64,000 nucleotides of DNA from Gemmatimonadota bacterium (GCA_039586365.1 JBDHKN010000001.1:160001-224000); one strand, 5' to 3'. Shown: positions 8,191-17,641, counted from the first letter of the stretch. The notes: generated by a model from the letters alone, not told the origin. Numbers and translations: made by a program.

Positions 8191-8412
8191 CTATCCCTTG
8201 TGTCTGAAAGTAATGCGGCCGCGGCTCAGGTCGTAGGGTGACAACTCTACAGTGACTCTGTCCCCGGCGAGCACTCGGATTCGATAACGCCGCATCTTGC
8301 CGGCAATCGTACATAGCACGGTGTGCCCGTTCTCCAACAAGACGCGGAAGGTGGCGTTCGGCAACACCTCAGTTACCTTACCCTGCAGTTCAATCGCCTC
8401 GTTCTTTGCCAT
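8191..8412 (-). CDS. infA: Translation initiation factor IF-1
   Basis: [24 protein letters not shown]...GKMR...[20 protein letters not shown]. Confidence 0.96.
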   Translation of the reverse strand: MAKNEAIELQGKVTEVLPNATFRVLLENGHTVLCTIAGKMRRYRIRVLAGDRVTVELSPYDLSRGRITFRHKG

Positions 8413-8502
8413 CTTCTCCGATTGGGTCCTGTTTGACCACTATTCTGTTCGTGCTGCCCAAGCTCCCCACTTTGGTCAGCCAGGCGGATCTGGGAAAACC
8501 AC

Positions 8503-8539
8503 AGGGGCCGTCCCGCGTTTACTGCGGAATGCGGCCCCT
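8503..8539 (-). terminator. GC hairpin downstream of the csp gene (weak terminator or processing site)
   Basis: AGGGGCCG (8503-8510) pairs with CGGCCCCT (8532-8539); short T-run follows on the minus strand. Confidence 0.5.
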
Positions 8540-8569
8540 ACTGTAACTCACCGTGAGAAGCAGAACCTA

Positions 8570-8782
8570 TCACTCGCCGAGCTTCACAACGTTTTCAGCG
8601 GCCGGCCCTTTGTCACCTTCCACTAGATCGAACTCAACTCTTTCGCCCTCTTTCAATGACCTGAATCCTTCCGCTTGTATCGCAGAATGATGGACGAAAC
8701 AATCTCGTTCGCCGTTCTCTGGAGAAATGAAACCGAACCCCTTTGAGTCGTTGAACCACTTCACTGTTCCACTGATGCGCAT
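8570..8782 (-). CDS. cspA: Cold-shock protein (CspA family)
   Basis: [15 protein letters not shown] (RNP1), FVHHSAI (RNP2), [15 protein letters not shown] upstream; exact paralog name uncertain. Confidence 0.95.
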   Translation of the reverse strand: MRISGTVKWFNDSKGFGFISPENGERDCFVHHSAIQAEGFRSLKEGERVEFDLVEGDKGPAAENVVKLGE

Positions 8783-8938
8783 TTACTGCAATCTCCTAGT
8801 GTCTCTTTGTCCTAACAAATCTGCCGTGCCTACCGACTACCGTCCAACCCCAACACGCCTGCTCTCCGCCGCCAAACATGATGCATCCGCCGCCTTGCCG
8901 TGGGCCCGGAAGCCAAGAAGAAGCTACGTGACGCATCC

Positions 8939-8972
8939 AAAAAAGCGGGACCTCGCGTAAGCCAGGCCCCAC
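8939..8972 (-). terminator. Intrinsic-terminator-like hairpin with U6 tail, lying between the predicted csp promoter and the csp start
   Basis: Minus strand GTGGGGCCTGGC-TTAC-GCGAGGTCCCGC-TTTTTT. Confidence 0.65.
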
Positions 8973-8996
8973 TAAGAAGTTACCTGTCGCAGTCCC

Positions 8997-9025
8997 AAAA
9001 TAGCGGCGCACGCACACTCTGTCAA
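8997..9025 (-). promoter_or_regulatory. Sigma70-type promoter for csp
   Basis: Minus strand TTGACA (9025-9020), 17 nt, TATTTT (9002-8997). Confidence 0.65.
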
Positions 9026-9054
9026 AACGGTTTCCCGCGGAAAAGCACATGCAA

Positions 9055-9834
9055 TCAGTGGCGATTTGCCCGACCGCTGAATCGTTCCAGGAACGCTCTC
9101 TCTTCTCCTGTGAGGCTCGCAACCCCAGCTTGACCCACCTTGTCGAGAATGCGATCCAACTCCTCCCTATTCACAGGGTGCAATTCGTCCCGCCTGATCT
9201 CGTTCCATCGTGCCAGGTTGGCCGACTCATTGCCCATGCTCCGTTTTGGCACCGGCGCTGCCTTGGCACGGAACAGAGCAGCGGGAGACCTGTGTTCCCA
9301 CCACTTGAGGAAGAGGAAACCTCCCAGAAACCCACCAAGGTGTGCGAAATGTGCTATGCCTTGACCACCACCACCGAACCCACCCGCTAGCGAAAGGACC
9401 GTCATGGCGACCACAAGGCTGCGCGCTTCAACCGGTAGAACACCCCAAATGTAGATCCTCTCGCGCGGCCAGTAACGTGCAAACCCCAACAATACCCCGA
9501 ATACTGCGCCCGATGCCCCCACTATCGCCACCCTCGGTGTAAACGGAAAGGACAGCAGTCCGCCAAAGATCCCGCTTACGAAATAGAGTATTAGAAACTG
9601 TCGACCACCCAGTCGCCCTTCGAGCCGCGGGCCGAAGAAGTACAGCCCCAGCATGTTGAACAGCAGATGCATCCACCCGGCGTGCAAGAACATGTAGGTG
9701 ACTAGAGTCCAGGGTTGCCTCGGAACCAATATGGGCACTAGCCAGAGATTGAATGTCGGGAGTACGCGGAGGACGTCCGTGGCGAAGAAGACCGCCACGT
9801 TCGCTATGATCAAACGTCTCACCCAGAGGGTCAT
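9055..9834 (-). CDS. Rhomboid-family intramembrane serine protease
   Basis: TYMFLH, HLLFNM, GASGAV and AHFAHLGG motifs; C-terminal LDRILDKV helical domain. Confidence 0.92.
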   Translation of the reverse strand: MTLWVRRLIIANVAVFFATDVLRVLPTFNLWLVPILVPRQPWTLVTYMFLHAGWMHLLFNMLGLYFFGPRLEGRLGGRQFLILYFVSGIFGGLLSFPFTPRVAIVGASGAVFGVLLGFARYWPRERIYIWGVLPVEARSLVVAMTVLSLAGGFGGGGQGIAHFAHLGGFLGGFLFLKWWEHRSPAALFRAKAAPVPKRSMGNESANLARWNEIRRDELHPVNREELDRILDKVGQAGVASLTGEERAFLERFSGRANRH

Positions 9835-10037
9835 TGCAGAGAAGGCTAGGTGCTTTTGCTCTTCGGCGCCAGTGGCGACGCCTCAGACGTGTAACGGTCA
9901 GTGTGCGCTGTATCCTTGTTCTTCGGAACGCACACACTAACCCCGCGAGGGTCCACAGTGTGCACATGGCCTTCGCAGCGCATCAGGCTTCCCGCTGCCG
10001 TCAGGCAGCACAACCAGCCGACCCGGCGCGGCCCAGC

Positions 10038-10757
10038 CTACCCTCCGCCAGTCCGGGCCGCACGAACGCGGGTCCCAGGCCCAGCGTCCATCTGGCGATG
10101 GCACTGTGCACAGGTCGCCAAGAGATCTCCGTAGACCTTCGCCCTGTCTATGAACCCTGTTGCCTCACCCGCCTGGGTCCCAAGTTCGTGGACTCGGCTC
10201 GCCAGTTCTCCCACCTCTTCGGGTGATTCCGTCGGTTGCAGCGGCGCCTCAGCTAGGGCAGCCACACCGCGAGACCAGGCTTCCTCGGATGGCCCCACCA
10301 ATCCCTCCCACAGCCGCTGCGCGGCCCACTGGTGACGCAGCATGTGGGCAACGACCCCAGCCTCTTGCGGCGGGGGTGCAACGAACGTGAATTGTGCCCC
10401 CTCGTCCATACCCTGATGGCAGCCCCCGCAAATGGCTCCCATCTCTGCCGTAGCCGCGGCAGCAGGAGCGATCTCGTTAGCATCGACTATGCGCTGCGCA
10501 GCAAGCTGCATCTGCACAACGTGTTGGCCCCAACCCTCGGGGACTCCCTGCGTGGCTTCATGGCGGGCTAGCCAGCGCGCGGGTTCCCGAGCAGCATCGA
10601 GGTCACCACTGATAACCGCTGCTCGCGTGGCCTCGACCTGCGTGAAGTGTTCCTGCATGTGGTCCGTTGTGGTTTCGGGTTGACTACACGCGGCCAGTAG
10701 GACCAGGCATCCGTGCATCGAAACAATGGCCATCTTATCAATCAATGATCGCATCAC
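10038..10757 (-). CDS. Putative di-heme c-type cytochrome lipoprotein (two helical cytochrome c'-like repeats)
   Basis: Lipobox LLAAC; CGGCH and CAQCH heme-binding motifs, each ending a helical half. Confidence 0.7.
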   Translation of the reverse strand: MMRSLIDKMAIVSMHGCLVLLAACSQPETTTDHMQEHFTQVEATRAAVISGDLDAAREPARWLARHEATQGVPEGWGQHVVQMQLAAQRIVDANEIAPAAAATAEMGAICGGCHQGMDEGAQFTFVAPPPQEAGVVAHMLRHQWAAQRLWEGLVGPSEEAWSRGVAALAEAPLQPTESPEEVGELASRVHELGTQAGEATGFIDRAKVYGDLLATCAQCHRQMDAGPGTRVRAARTGGG

Positions 10758-10807
10758 TCTCTCCTCTAGCGACCTCTCCTGTCGCTCCGGTTAAGGCTCG
10801 GGGCAGG

Positions 10808-11299
10808 TCACGCCGTATCTCCTGGAGGTCCCGGCGGCGGCCGCAGTTGGTTACGAAATATCATGCGTGCGCACGTGTTCCAGCGCAGTAGCGCGTCGTC
10901 GTTCTCTGGTGGGCTCAGCCGCTCCGCCTGCTCATATTGGTCCATCGCCTCTCGCAGGAGTTCGAAAACGGCGGGGCCGCTGCCCAACGTGCCATGTGAG
11001 AGCCTCTCCTTAGCATGTCTCTCACAGATTATTCCGGCGTAGTAAGCCCTCTCGTAATCACTCCGGAGGCGACGCAGTAGACCCCGCGGCTCGCTCACGT
11101 CCACGCCACCCTCTTCGCCAAGGCGCTCTGTCAAGGCCAGTATTAGTGTGACTAGCGCTCGCTGATTATGGGGATCGATGGCGAGAATATCGCGGCAGAT
11201 GCTGTCAGCTTCCCATGGCTCGTTGAGCAGACGATAGTGTTCTGCCTTCTCGAGTGCTGCTGCGATTCCCTCCTCAGACAGAGCTTTGTACTCGAACAT
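10808..11299 (-). CDS. Hypothetical alpha-helical (TPR-like) protein
   Basis: 163-aa ORF with SD-like GAGGGGAG upstream and helical-repeat character. Confidence 0.7.
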   Translation of the reverse strand: MFEYKALSEEGIAAALEKAEHYRLLNEPWEADSICRDILAIDPHNQRALVTLILALTERLGEEGGVDVSEPRGLLRRLRSDYERAYYAGIICERHAKERLSHGTLGSGPAVFELLREAMDQYEQAERLSPPENDDALLRWNTCARMIFRNQLRPPPGPPGDTA

Positions 11300-11467
11300 G
11301 ATGCAGTGACTCCCCTCACCGGCAACGCCATGGTATGCGGACTGTTCAGGCTGCCCAATGGGGCCCTAGAGTCTTGCACTTCCAGGCCTGGGCCTTGAGC
11401 GACCGCCGGTGGCAGCTCAGTTTTCCATTACCGGTAAGCAGCGGCGAGTGGGTTGCTGACTCTGCTA

Positions 11468-11500
11468 CGGTCGCCTGCGGCTGATTGCTACAGGCGACCG
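11468..11500 (-). terminator. Hairpin downstream of the PPIase gene
   Basis: CGGTCGCCTG (11468-11477) is the perfect complement of CAGGCGACCG (11491-11500). Confidence 0.5.
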
Positions 11501-11510
11501 CAGCGGCTGA

Positions 11511-12179
11511 TCAACCGGCCGTACCCTCAGCGGGGTTTGCTGCCTCCCACTCGGCCCGCGTCGTGAGGTAGGCACGGTCTATCACAATCGGCGGGTCGAT
11601 CGGCACGTCCTCACGCGTTCCACGTTGCCGCGTTTCGACCTCACCGATCCTCTCGACAACGTCCATTCCACTGATCACCTGCCCGAACACCGCGTAACCC
11701 CACTTCTCCTCAGTGGTGTCGAGTACATTGTTGTCCCTCAAGTTGATGAAGAACTCCGACTTTGCGCTGTTCGGGTCTGTACCACGAGCCATGCCAACGG
11801 CGCCACGGATATTCAGGAGGCCGTTATCCCCTTCGTTATCGAGAAACGCTGCCGTGCTCGTACGCGGCGCGTACTCAGCAGTCAGGCGACCAGCCTGGAT
11901 CAAGATGCCCTTCATGACCCGATGAAAGATGAGGCCGTCGTAGAAGCCACTGCGGACATGCACTTCGAAGTTGGCGACAGACTTCGGGGCATTCTCCCGA
12001 TCGAGTTCCATCGCGATGGTGCCCCAATTCGTCTCCAACACTGCAATGGGCTTCGGGTCTGGCCCCGCAGGCGCCTGTTGTTCGGCCTCGGTCTCGCCAC
12101 CATCACCCGCTTCGCTCGCACAACCTGCGACGAGTAGCATGAGTGCGAACGGCAGGATCTTTCTCTTAAGGGATCTCAC
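11511..12179 (-). CDS. Cyclophilin-type peptidyl-prolyl cis-trans isomerase, lipoprotein
   Basis: Lipobox VAGC; APKSVANF, FYDGLIFHRV, GAVGMAR, SEFFIN and YAVFGQV motifs. Confidence 0.92.
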   Translation of the reverse strand: MRSLKRKILPFALMLLVAGCASEAGDGGETEAEQQAPAGPDPKPIAVLETNWGTIAMELDRENAPKSVANFEVHVRSGFYDGLIFHRVMKGILIQAGRLTAEYAPRTSTAAFLDNEGDNGLLNIRGAVGMARGTDPNSAKSEFFINLRDNNVLDTTEEKWGYAVFGQVISGMDVVERIGEVETRQRGTREDVPIDPPIVIDRAYLTTRAEWEAANPAEGTAG

Positions 12180-13143
12180 CTACCATCTCCTTTCTAATGC
12201 ATCGGGCAACCCCGGTCGGGCCCTCCCAGACGCCAATCCTCGACCAGACGGCCGGATTCAGCATATGCCAGGGCAAAGTACGGAAGTGGCAACACCAACG
12301 CTTGCCAGAAGACAGTATTATACCACTCCAACAGCATGTTGCCACCCATCGTGGGGACCCAATATCGACAGACGGGCCAACCGCTCTCCGGTGCACCCAC
12401 AGGGCCGTACTTCTGGGTGCGCTCAAGCGTCGGCAGTGCGCCGAACCCTCGGCGAAGCCATCTACCCTCGGACCGACATCGACTCGAGTCGAGCTACCGC
12501 CGCACCGCGATCGCCAGCGGCCCTGCTGTTACGTCGTTGCAGCGTTCTGTCGCGCAACGTGCCATTCGAAGCGCCCACTGCGCTCAAGATGCTGGCCGGC
12601 TGCGATTAGGTACTGTAACTGTAACAGAAGAGAATTTCGCCCGCGTCTGCATCGGTCCTTGAAGTTGCTGAAGCCATCCAAGGAGCAGCGGCAGAAGCCC
12701 CGACCCGTTGCCGCCAAGGAAGACACAGTGGTTGCGGCGTGAAACTTGCCACGTCCTGGTAACGGAATGATGTCGGCGCAATTGATGCTAGGCCGTGCCG
12801 AAAAAGCGGGCACGTACGCGCAGGGAAATGTAACTCGACTCATGTCAAGCAGTTAGCATTTCGCGCTGCGGTGGTGCCTTTCCGTCATCCGCGTGGCGGG
12901 TATATTTTCACGGGAGTATTGAGCAGGGCACGACGGTCCGCGTAGCATCAATCCACGTGCAGCATCCCGGGCGCAGCGGCACCTAACTCGCCACCCCATC
13001 CGGCCGTCAGGGAAGTCCCCCCAGGGGACTGTCGAGAAGTTGATCCACAGGATCTTTGCAGGCGTTTTGCCGAGGAATCCATAACGGATAGTATCCGCGC
13101 TGTTCTCTACGGGCGGCGAAACGCCGGAGAAAGGAGGCATCCT

Positions 13144-14520
13144 ATCGCGCACGCGACACGGAAGTTTCAGGTGTACACGCGGAAGGACATTGACCGGATC
13201 CCGCAACTCCGGCAGCTATCCGAGGCCGAGCGTATGGCGATGAAGGCGGTCTCGTTCGTCTTGCCCTTCCGGGTCAACAACTACGTAGTAGAAGATCTCA
13301 TCGATTGGTCGGACATCCCCGGTGATCCACTGTATCAGCTCACTTTTCCGCAGCCGGAAATGTTGAGCCAGCAGCACTTTTCACGGATGTACGGTTTGGT
13401 CCGCAGATGCGCCAGTGTGGGAGAGATCAAAGCCGCAGCTCGTCAGATACAGTACACACTCAATCCGCATCCCGCGGGCCAGCTGGCGCTGAACGTGCCG
13501 CGCGTGAGCGGCGAGCCGATTCACGGCTTGCAGCACAAGTACCGCGAGACCGTCTTGTTCTTCCCGGCTGCCGGACAGACCTGCCACGCCTATTGCACGT
13601 ACTGCTTCCGGTGGCCGCAATTCGTCGGCATCGAGGAGTTGAAGTTCTCCGGGCGGGAAGCAGACCTTCTAGCCGCGTACCTTCGCCACCACACGGGTGT
13701 GCGAAGCGTGCTCTTTACTGGTGGTGACCCGATGGTCATGAAGGCCTCCAACCTCCGCCGGTATATAGAGCCGATTCTGGATCCCTCTCTGGAGCACGTT
13801 GCGAGCATTCGAATCGGCACCAAGTCACCCGCCTATTGGCCCTACCGGTTCGTCACCGACCCGGATGCCACCGATGTTCTCAGACTGTTCGAGCAGATCC
13901 GAGCGTCTGGGAGGCACGTCGCTGTCATGGCGCATTACAGCCACCCGCGGGAACTGCAGACTGAAATCGCCCAAGAGGCAATACGGCGAATCCTCAGCAG
14001 CGGAGCAACTATCCGTTCTCAGGCTCCTCTCATCAGGCGGGTGAATGATTCAGCTGACCTCTGGTCAGCTATGTGGCGAGAACAGGTTCGTCTTGGAGTC
14101 ATACCCTACTACATGTTCGTCGAACGGGATACGGGACCAAAGGACTACTTCGGAGTGCCGCTCGCGCGAGCGTATGAGATCTTCCGTACCGCATATACAC
14201 AAGTCTCAGGGTTGGAACGGACCGTACGAGGGCCTTCAATGTCGGCCACGCCGGGCAAGGTCCTCATCTCGGGAGTGACGAGCATCAATGGTGAAGAAGT
14301 GTTCGCGCTCCGGTTCCTACAAGCAAGAGATCCCGACTGGGTGGCAAGACCGTTCTTTGCGAGGTTCAATCCCCACGCCAAGTGGCTCGACGACCTGGAG
14401 CCGGCGTTCGGCGAGAGAGAGTTCTTCTACGAAGCGGGGCTGAGGGAAATGGAGGCAGCACAGCCAAAGCGCGGAGAGTCCGGGCGCTTGGATCGCAGAT
14501 TGGCAGTGGTTGGTCGGTAG
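13144..14520 (+). CDS. KamA-family radical SAM enzyme (lysine 2,3-aminomutase-like)
   Basis: CHAYCTYCFR CxxxCxxC motif, LFTGGDP, IRIGTK, HYSHPRE, PYYMF and PGK. Start placed at ATC 13144 from the SD; GTG 13171 is the canonical alternative. Confidence 0.88.
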   Translation: MAHATRKFQVYTRKDIDRIPQLRQLSEAERMAMKAVSFVLPFRVNNYVVEDLIDWSDIPGDPLYQLTFPQPEMLSQQHFSRMYGLVRRCASVGEIKAAARQIQYTLNPHPAGQLALNVPRVSGEPIHGLQHKYRETVLFFPAAGQTCHAYCTYCFRWPQFVGIEELKFSGREADLLAAYLRHHTGVRSVLFTGGDPMVMKASNLRRYIEPILDPSLEHVASIRIGTKSPAYWPYRFVTDPDATDVLRLFEQIRASGRHVAVMAHYSHPRELQTEIAQEAIRRILSSGATIRSQAPLIRRVNDSADLWSAMWREQVRLGVIPYYMFVERDTGPKDYFGVPLARAYEIFRTAYTQVSGLERTVRGPSMSATPGKVLISGVTSINGEEVFALRFLQARDPDWVARPFFARFNPHAKWLDDLEPAFGEREFFYEAGLREMEAAQPKRGESGRLDRRLAVVGR

Positions 14521-14617
14521 CGGACTGCGTTGCCAAGTGCAAGAATGTGAGGCCCGCCAGCGCAGGTCCCTCTTGACGTTCGGCCGCAGCGGCTCTCTTC
14601 CGGGGCTCGATCAAGGA

Positions 14618-15145
14618 CTACCTGTTCAAGATCGAGAGATAGGCCTTCCAAGGGCCCACGGCCCTGTCGTACCGCTTCGCCATCGTACGTGCTAACTGGC
14701 AGATGTGGGAGAGGTCGTGCGCAACCCAAGTCGCAATGAGCTGAGACAGTGTCACCGGGCCAAACTCAGGGTGAGTACCCTGTAGGGATAGCTGCTCCGG
14801 GGCCAGGTTGATTTCCGCTAGAATCTCCAGATTGCGCTGGCGCAGTCCAGCGAAGTCATCAACCAGCTCTCCAAGCGTCTTGTGCGCAATCCTCTGTTTG
14901 AATGCGAACCGGTCAAACGGATCGAAGGTCCGTGTCTGGCCCCGCTCGAGAATAATTCTCGCGCGCGGGATCCAGTCGTCTTCCTCTCCGTGAATCAAAT
15001 GACCGATAACATCCCGTGGGCTCCACGTGTCCGTTCCCTCATCGCAGTCTGCCCAGGTGTCGGAAAGCCCGTATAGCATGGCGTGCAACGCGGCGGGCGT
15101 ATTGCGAAGCAACTCTACAGCCTCATCAAGCCGGAACTGATCCAC
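14618..15145 (-). CDS. DinB-family protein
   Basis: WSPRDVIGHL...E...W, HPEFGPVTLSQL and HDLSH metal-binding His pattern. Confidence 0.85.
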   Translation of the reverse strand: MDQFRLDEAVELLRNTPAALHAMLYGLSDTWADCDEGTDTWSPRDVIGHLIHGEEDDWIPRARIILERGQTRTFDPFDRFAFKQRIAHKTLGELVDDFAGLRQRNLEILAEINLAPEQLSLQGTHPEFGPVTLSQLIATWVAHDLSHICQLARTMAKRYDRAVGPWKAYLSILNR

Positions 15146-15184
15146 GCTTCCTCCTGTCGTCCTGAGTAGCCGTCCCCGGGTTGG

Positions 15185-15790
15185 CTACCGCCACGTCGGT
15201 CGTACATCCATGGTGAGTTCGTAGGCAAGTGCCTCAACCAACGGTCCGTACGCCTTGCGGGGATCCTCAGCCGAGAAGTCTGGGATGCCTCCGGTCAGGG
15301 TCAGATGCCCGACCCTGTCTGATATCCGCGCCGACTCACGCCAGATCGATCCGCCGGATTCAGTTGACACCAAACGGACTGCCCCCTGAACGGTTATGGT
15401 AGCTTCGAAGCGCAGCGCTGACAGGGAAGCCCGGGGCTCCACACCGGAAACGTTCAGGTCTCCCAGGAAGACGGCGGGCACGTTGTAGGCCTCTCCAATA
15501 GCCCGGAGAGCCTCCACGTCCATCCGGTTCATCCCTAGCCCGGCGAGGAGTTGGTCTTGCTCACCCAACTCCAGCAGCTCAATGGCCTGCGCAGCCAGTA
15601 CTTGTTCAGCGAAGTACTCCGTTGCCAGGGTATTCAACTCACCTTTTGCGTTTTCCGCAGTGAACGTCACCAACCCGACTCGGCCGTAAGGTGTGACGTC
15701 AAGAAATGGAGGAACGAGCACTCGCTTGGATGCGCAGCCGACTGCGGAGAATGCAGCAATGAACAGCGAGGCTATCAATAGTCTCGACAT
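15185..15790 (-). CDS. Hypothetical lipoprotein
   Basis: MSRLLIASLFIAAFSAVGC lipoprotein signal after AGGAGG SD; start moved to ATG 15790. Confidence 0.7.
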   Translation of the reverse strand: MSRLLIASLFIAAFSAVGCASKRVLVPPFLDVTPYGRVGLVTFTAENAKGELNTLATEYFAEQVLAAQAIELLELGEQDQLLAGLGMNRMDVEALRAIGEAYNVPAVFLGDLNVSGVEPRASLSALRFEATITVQGAVRLVSTESGGSIWRESARISDRVGHLTLTGGIPDFSAEDPRKAYGPLVEALAYELTMDVRPTWR

Positions 15791-15854
15791 TCCCACCTCC
15801 TGAGATATGGCGTACCGGCGGATCCCATCTCTGCTCACAAATAATCGTACCAGC

Positions 15855-16532
15855 CTAGCAAAGATGCTTCGTTCGCGCCACCAAGCGGTCCGCGAGCCGG
15901 GTGGGCTCGGGTAGTCTGAAGTGCACTGCACAGGCGAGTACGAGAGAAATCGCCGTCTCGAGATCGCACAGGTGTCCGACACTGACGAAGACCGGCTTCA
16001 CGGCCGTTCTGGTTCTGAGAATGGCAGCAATCACTTCCCCTTCATGTCTGAGCGGGCTCCTAGAGCCACGGTCGGGTCCCGGTTCGCAGTGTGTTCCTAT
16101 GAGCCGGCTCTTGGCACAGCCGATCGTGGGCACGCCGCAAATCACTCCGACATGGCAAGCCAAACCGAAACGTCTCGGGTGGGCCAGGCCGTGTGCATCA
16201 CACATGATCGTGTCAGGCCGGTTGCCAAGCTTGCCCAACGCAGCTAGAACAGCCGGTGCCTCACGGAACGACAGCAGCCCTGGCACGTAGGGGAAGGTCA
16301 GCTTGCGCACTGCCGTTCGTTGTTCGACTACCGCTCGTTGGTCCAAGTCCCAAAGAACTGTGCCGGCGATGCAGTGAGTGCGATCCAAGCTCAGAGCGGC
16401 GTCTACCCCGGCCACAAACCGGGTTCGTGTGTTCGGCGCCGTAGTCAATACCTGCGTTGCCAGTCGCCGTTGGATGGCGATGGCTTCAGCCGGGGTGACA
16501 GACCACGAATGTGGTGGTGGCGGTATCTTCAC
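15855..16532 (-). CDS. nfi: Endonuclease V
   Basis: VAGVD, FPYVPGLLSFRE, HPRRFGLACH, IGCAKSRL and RLPEPTRLAD motifs. Confidence 0.95.
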   Translation of the reverse strand: MKIPPPPHSWSVTPAEAIAIQRRLATQVLTTAPNTRTRFVAGVDAALSLDRTHCIAGTVLWDLDQRAVVEQRTAVRKLTFPYVPGLLSFREAPAVLAALGKLGNRPDTIMCDAHGLAHPRRFGLACHVGVICGVPTIGCAKSRLIGTHCEPGPDRGSRSPLRHEGEVIAAILRTRTAVKPVFVSVGHLCDLETAISLVLACAVHFRLPEPTRLADRLVARTKHLC

Positions 16533-16540
16533 GCCAGCGA

Positions 16541-17533
16541 TCAGCTAGCTTCGGTGATCAAGACCGCAGCCCCACGCAATCGGCCTTCCCGCAGGTTCTC
16601 CAACGCTTCGTTGGCATGATCGAGTGCGTATTTCTCGACGTGCGTAGTCACGGGTACCGTGGGTGCCAATGCCATGAACTCCTCCCCGTCACGCCTGGTG
16701 AGATTCGCCACAGAACAGATGGTTCTTTCCTGCCACAGAATCTCGTAGGCAAATGCTGGTATATCACTCATGTGGATACCGGCGCAGACTACCGTCCCTC
16801 CCGGTGCAACAGCCCTGAGAGCGGCGGGCACGAGCCTGCCGACCGGCGCGAAGATGATTGCGGCATCCAGCTCCTCTGGCGGCGCGTCATCAGAAGATCC
16901 GGCCCACTCGACCCCCATTTCTCTGGCGAATCCTTGAGCCGTCGAATCGTCTGCGCGAGTGAACGCGAACAGACGTCTACCTTGGTACAGGGCCACCTGG
17001 GCGATGATATGGGCGGCGGCCCCAAAGCCGTAGAGGCCGAGCCGCTCGGAATCACCTGCCGCGATCAAGGAACGGTATCCGATCAGCCCGGCGCACAGTA
17101 ATGGTGCTGCCTGCAAGTCGTCGAAACCACTTGGGATTGAGAAACAGAATCTCTCGTCGGCAACCGTGTACTCAGCGTACCCTCCATCGATCCCGTAACC
17201 AGTGAAGCGAGCGCTTTGACAGAGATTCTCGCGACCCGAACGGCAGTAGCGACACGCTCCGCAGGTCCAGCCGAGCCACGGTACACCTACACGATCTCCC
17301 TCCCCGAAACGCGCGGCGCCGGAACCCGCACGCACCACCGACCCGACTATCTCATGGCCGAGTATGAGGGGGAGCTTGGGTTCGGTGAGATCCCCATCCA
17401 GCACATGCAGATCAGTGCGACACACGGCGCAGGCGCTGACCTTGACTAGTAGCTGTCCTGGCCCGGGTTCTGGGGTGGGGACCTCCCTCTCTTCGAGCGG
17501 ACCACCGACAGCTGCCATGACCATCGCGTGCAT
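16541..17533 (-). CDS. Zinc-dependent alcohol dehydrogenase family protein
   Basis: CRTDLH, GHEIVG, CGACRYC...C and GLYGFGAA motifs; start moved to ATG 17533. Confidence 0.92.
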   Translation of the reverse strand: MHAMVMAAVGGPLEEREVPTPEPGPGQLLVKVSACAVCRTDLHVLDGDLTEPKLPLILGHEIVGSVVRAGSGAARFGEGDRVGVPWLGWTCGACRYCRSGRENLCQSARFTGYGIDGGYAEYTVADERFCFSIPSGFDDLQAAPLLCAGLIGYRSLIAAGDSERLGLYGFGAAAHIIAQVALYQGRRLFAFTRADDSTAQGFAREMGVEWAGSSDDAPPEELDAAIIFAPVGRLVPAALRAVAPGGTVVCAGIHMSDIPAFAYEILWQERTICSVANLTRRDGEEFMALAPTVPVTTHVEKYALDHANEALENLREGRLRGAAVLITEAS

Positions 17534-17641
17534 GGCTCTGCCACTCCTCTCTATCCGGGGGGCGCGCTCAGCCAAGCCACCCAACCCTAGTAGTGCGCCG
17601 CCACCCGCCCCGGTTGAACAATCACCGGAACAGGTTCGTGG

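Noticed and set aside
12194..12400. 68-aa minus-strand ORF upstream of the PPIase gene
   Set aside because: No recognisable motif or clear SD; cannot be supported without homology data
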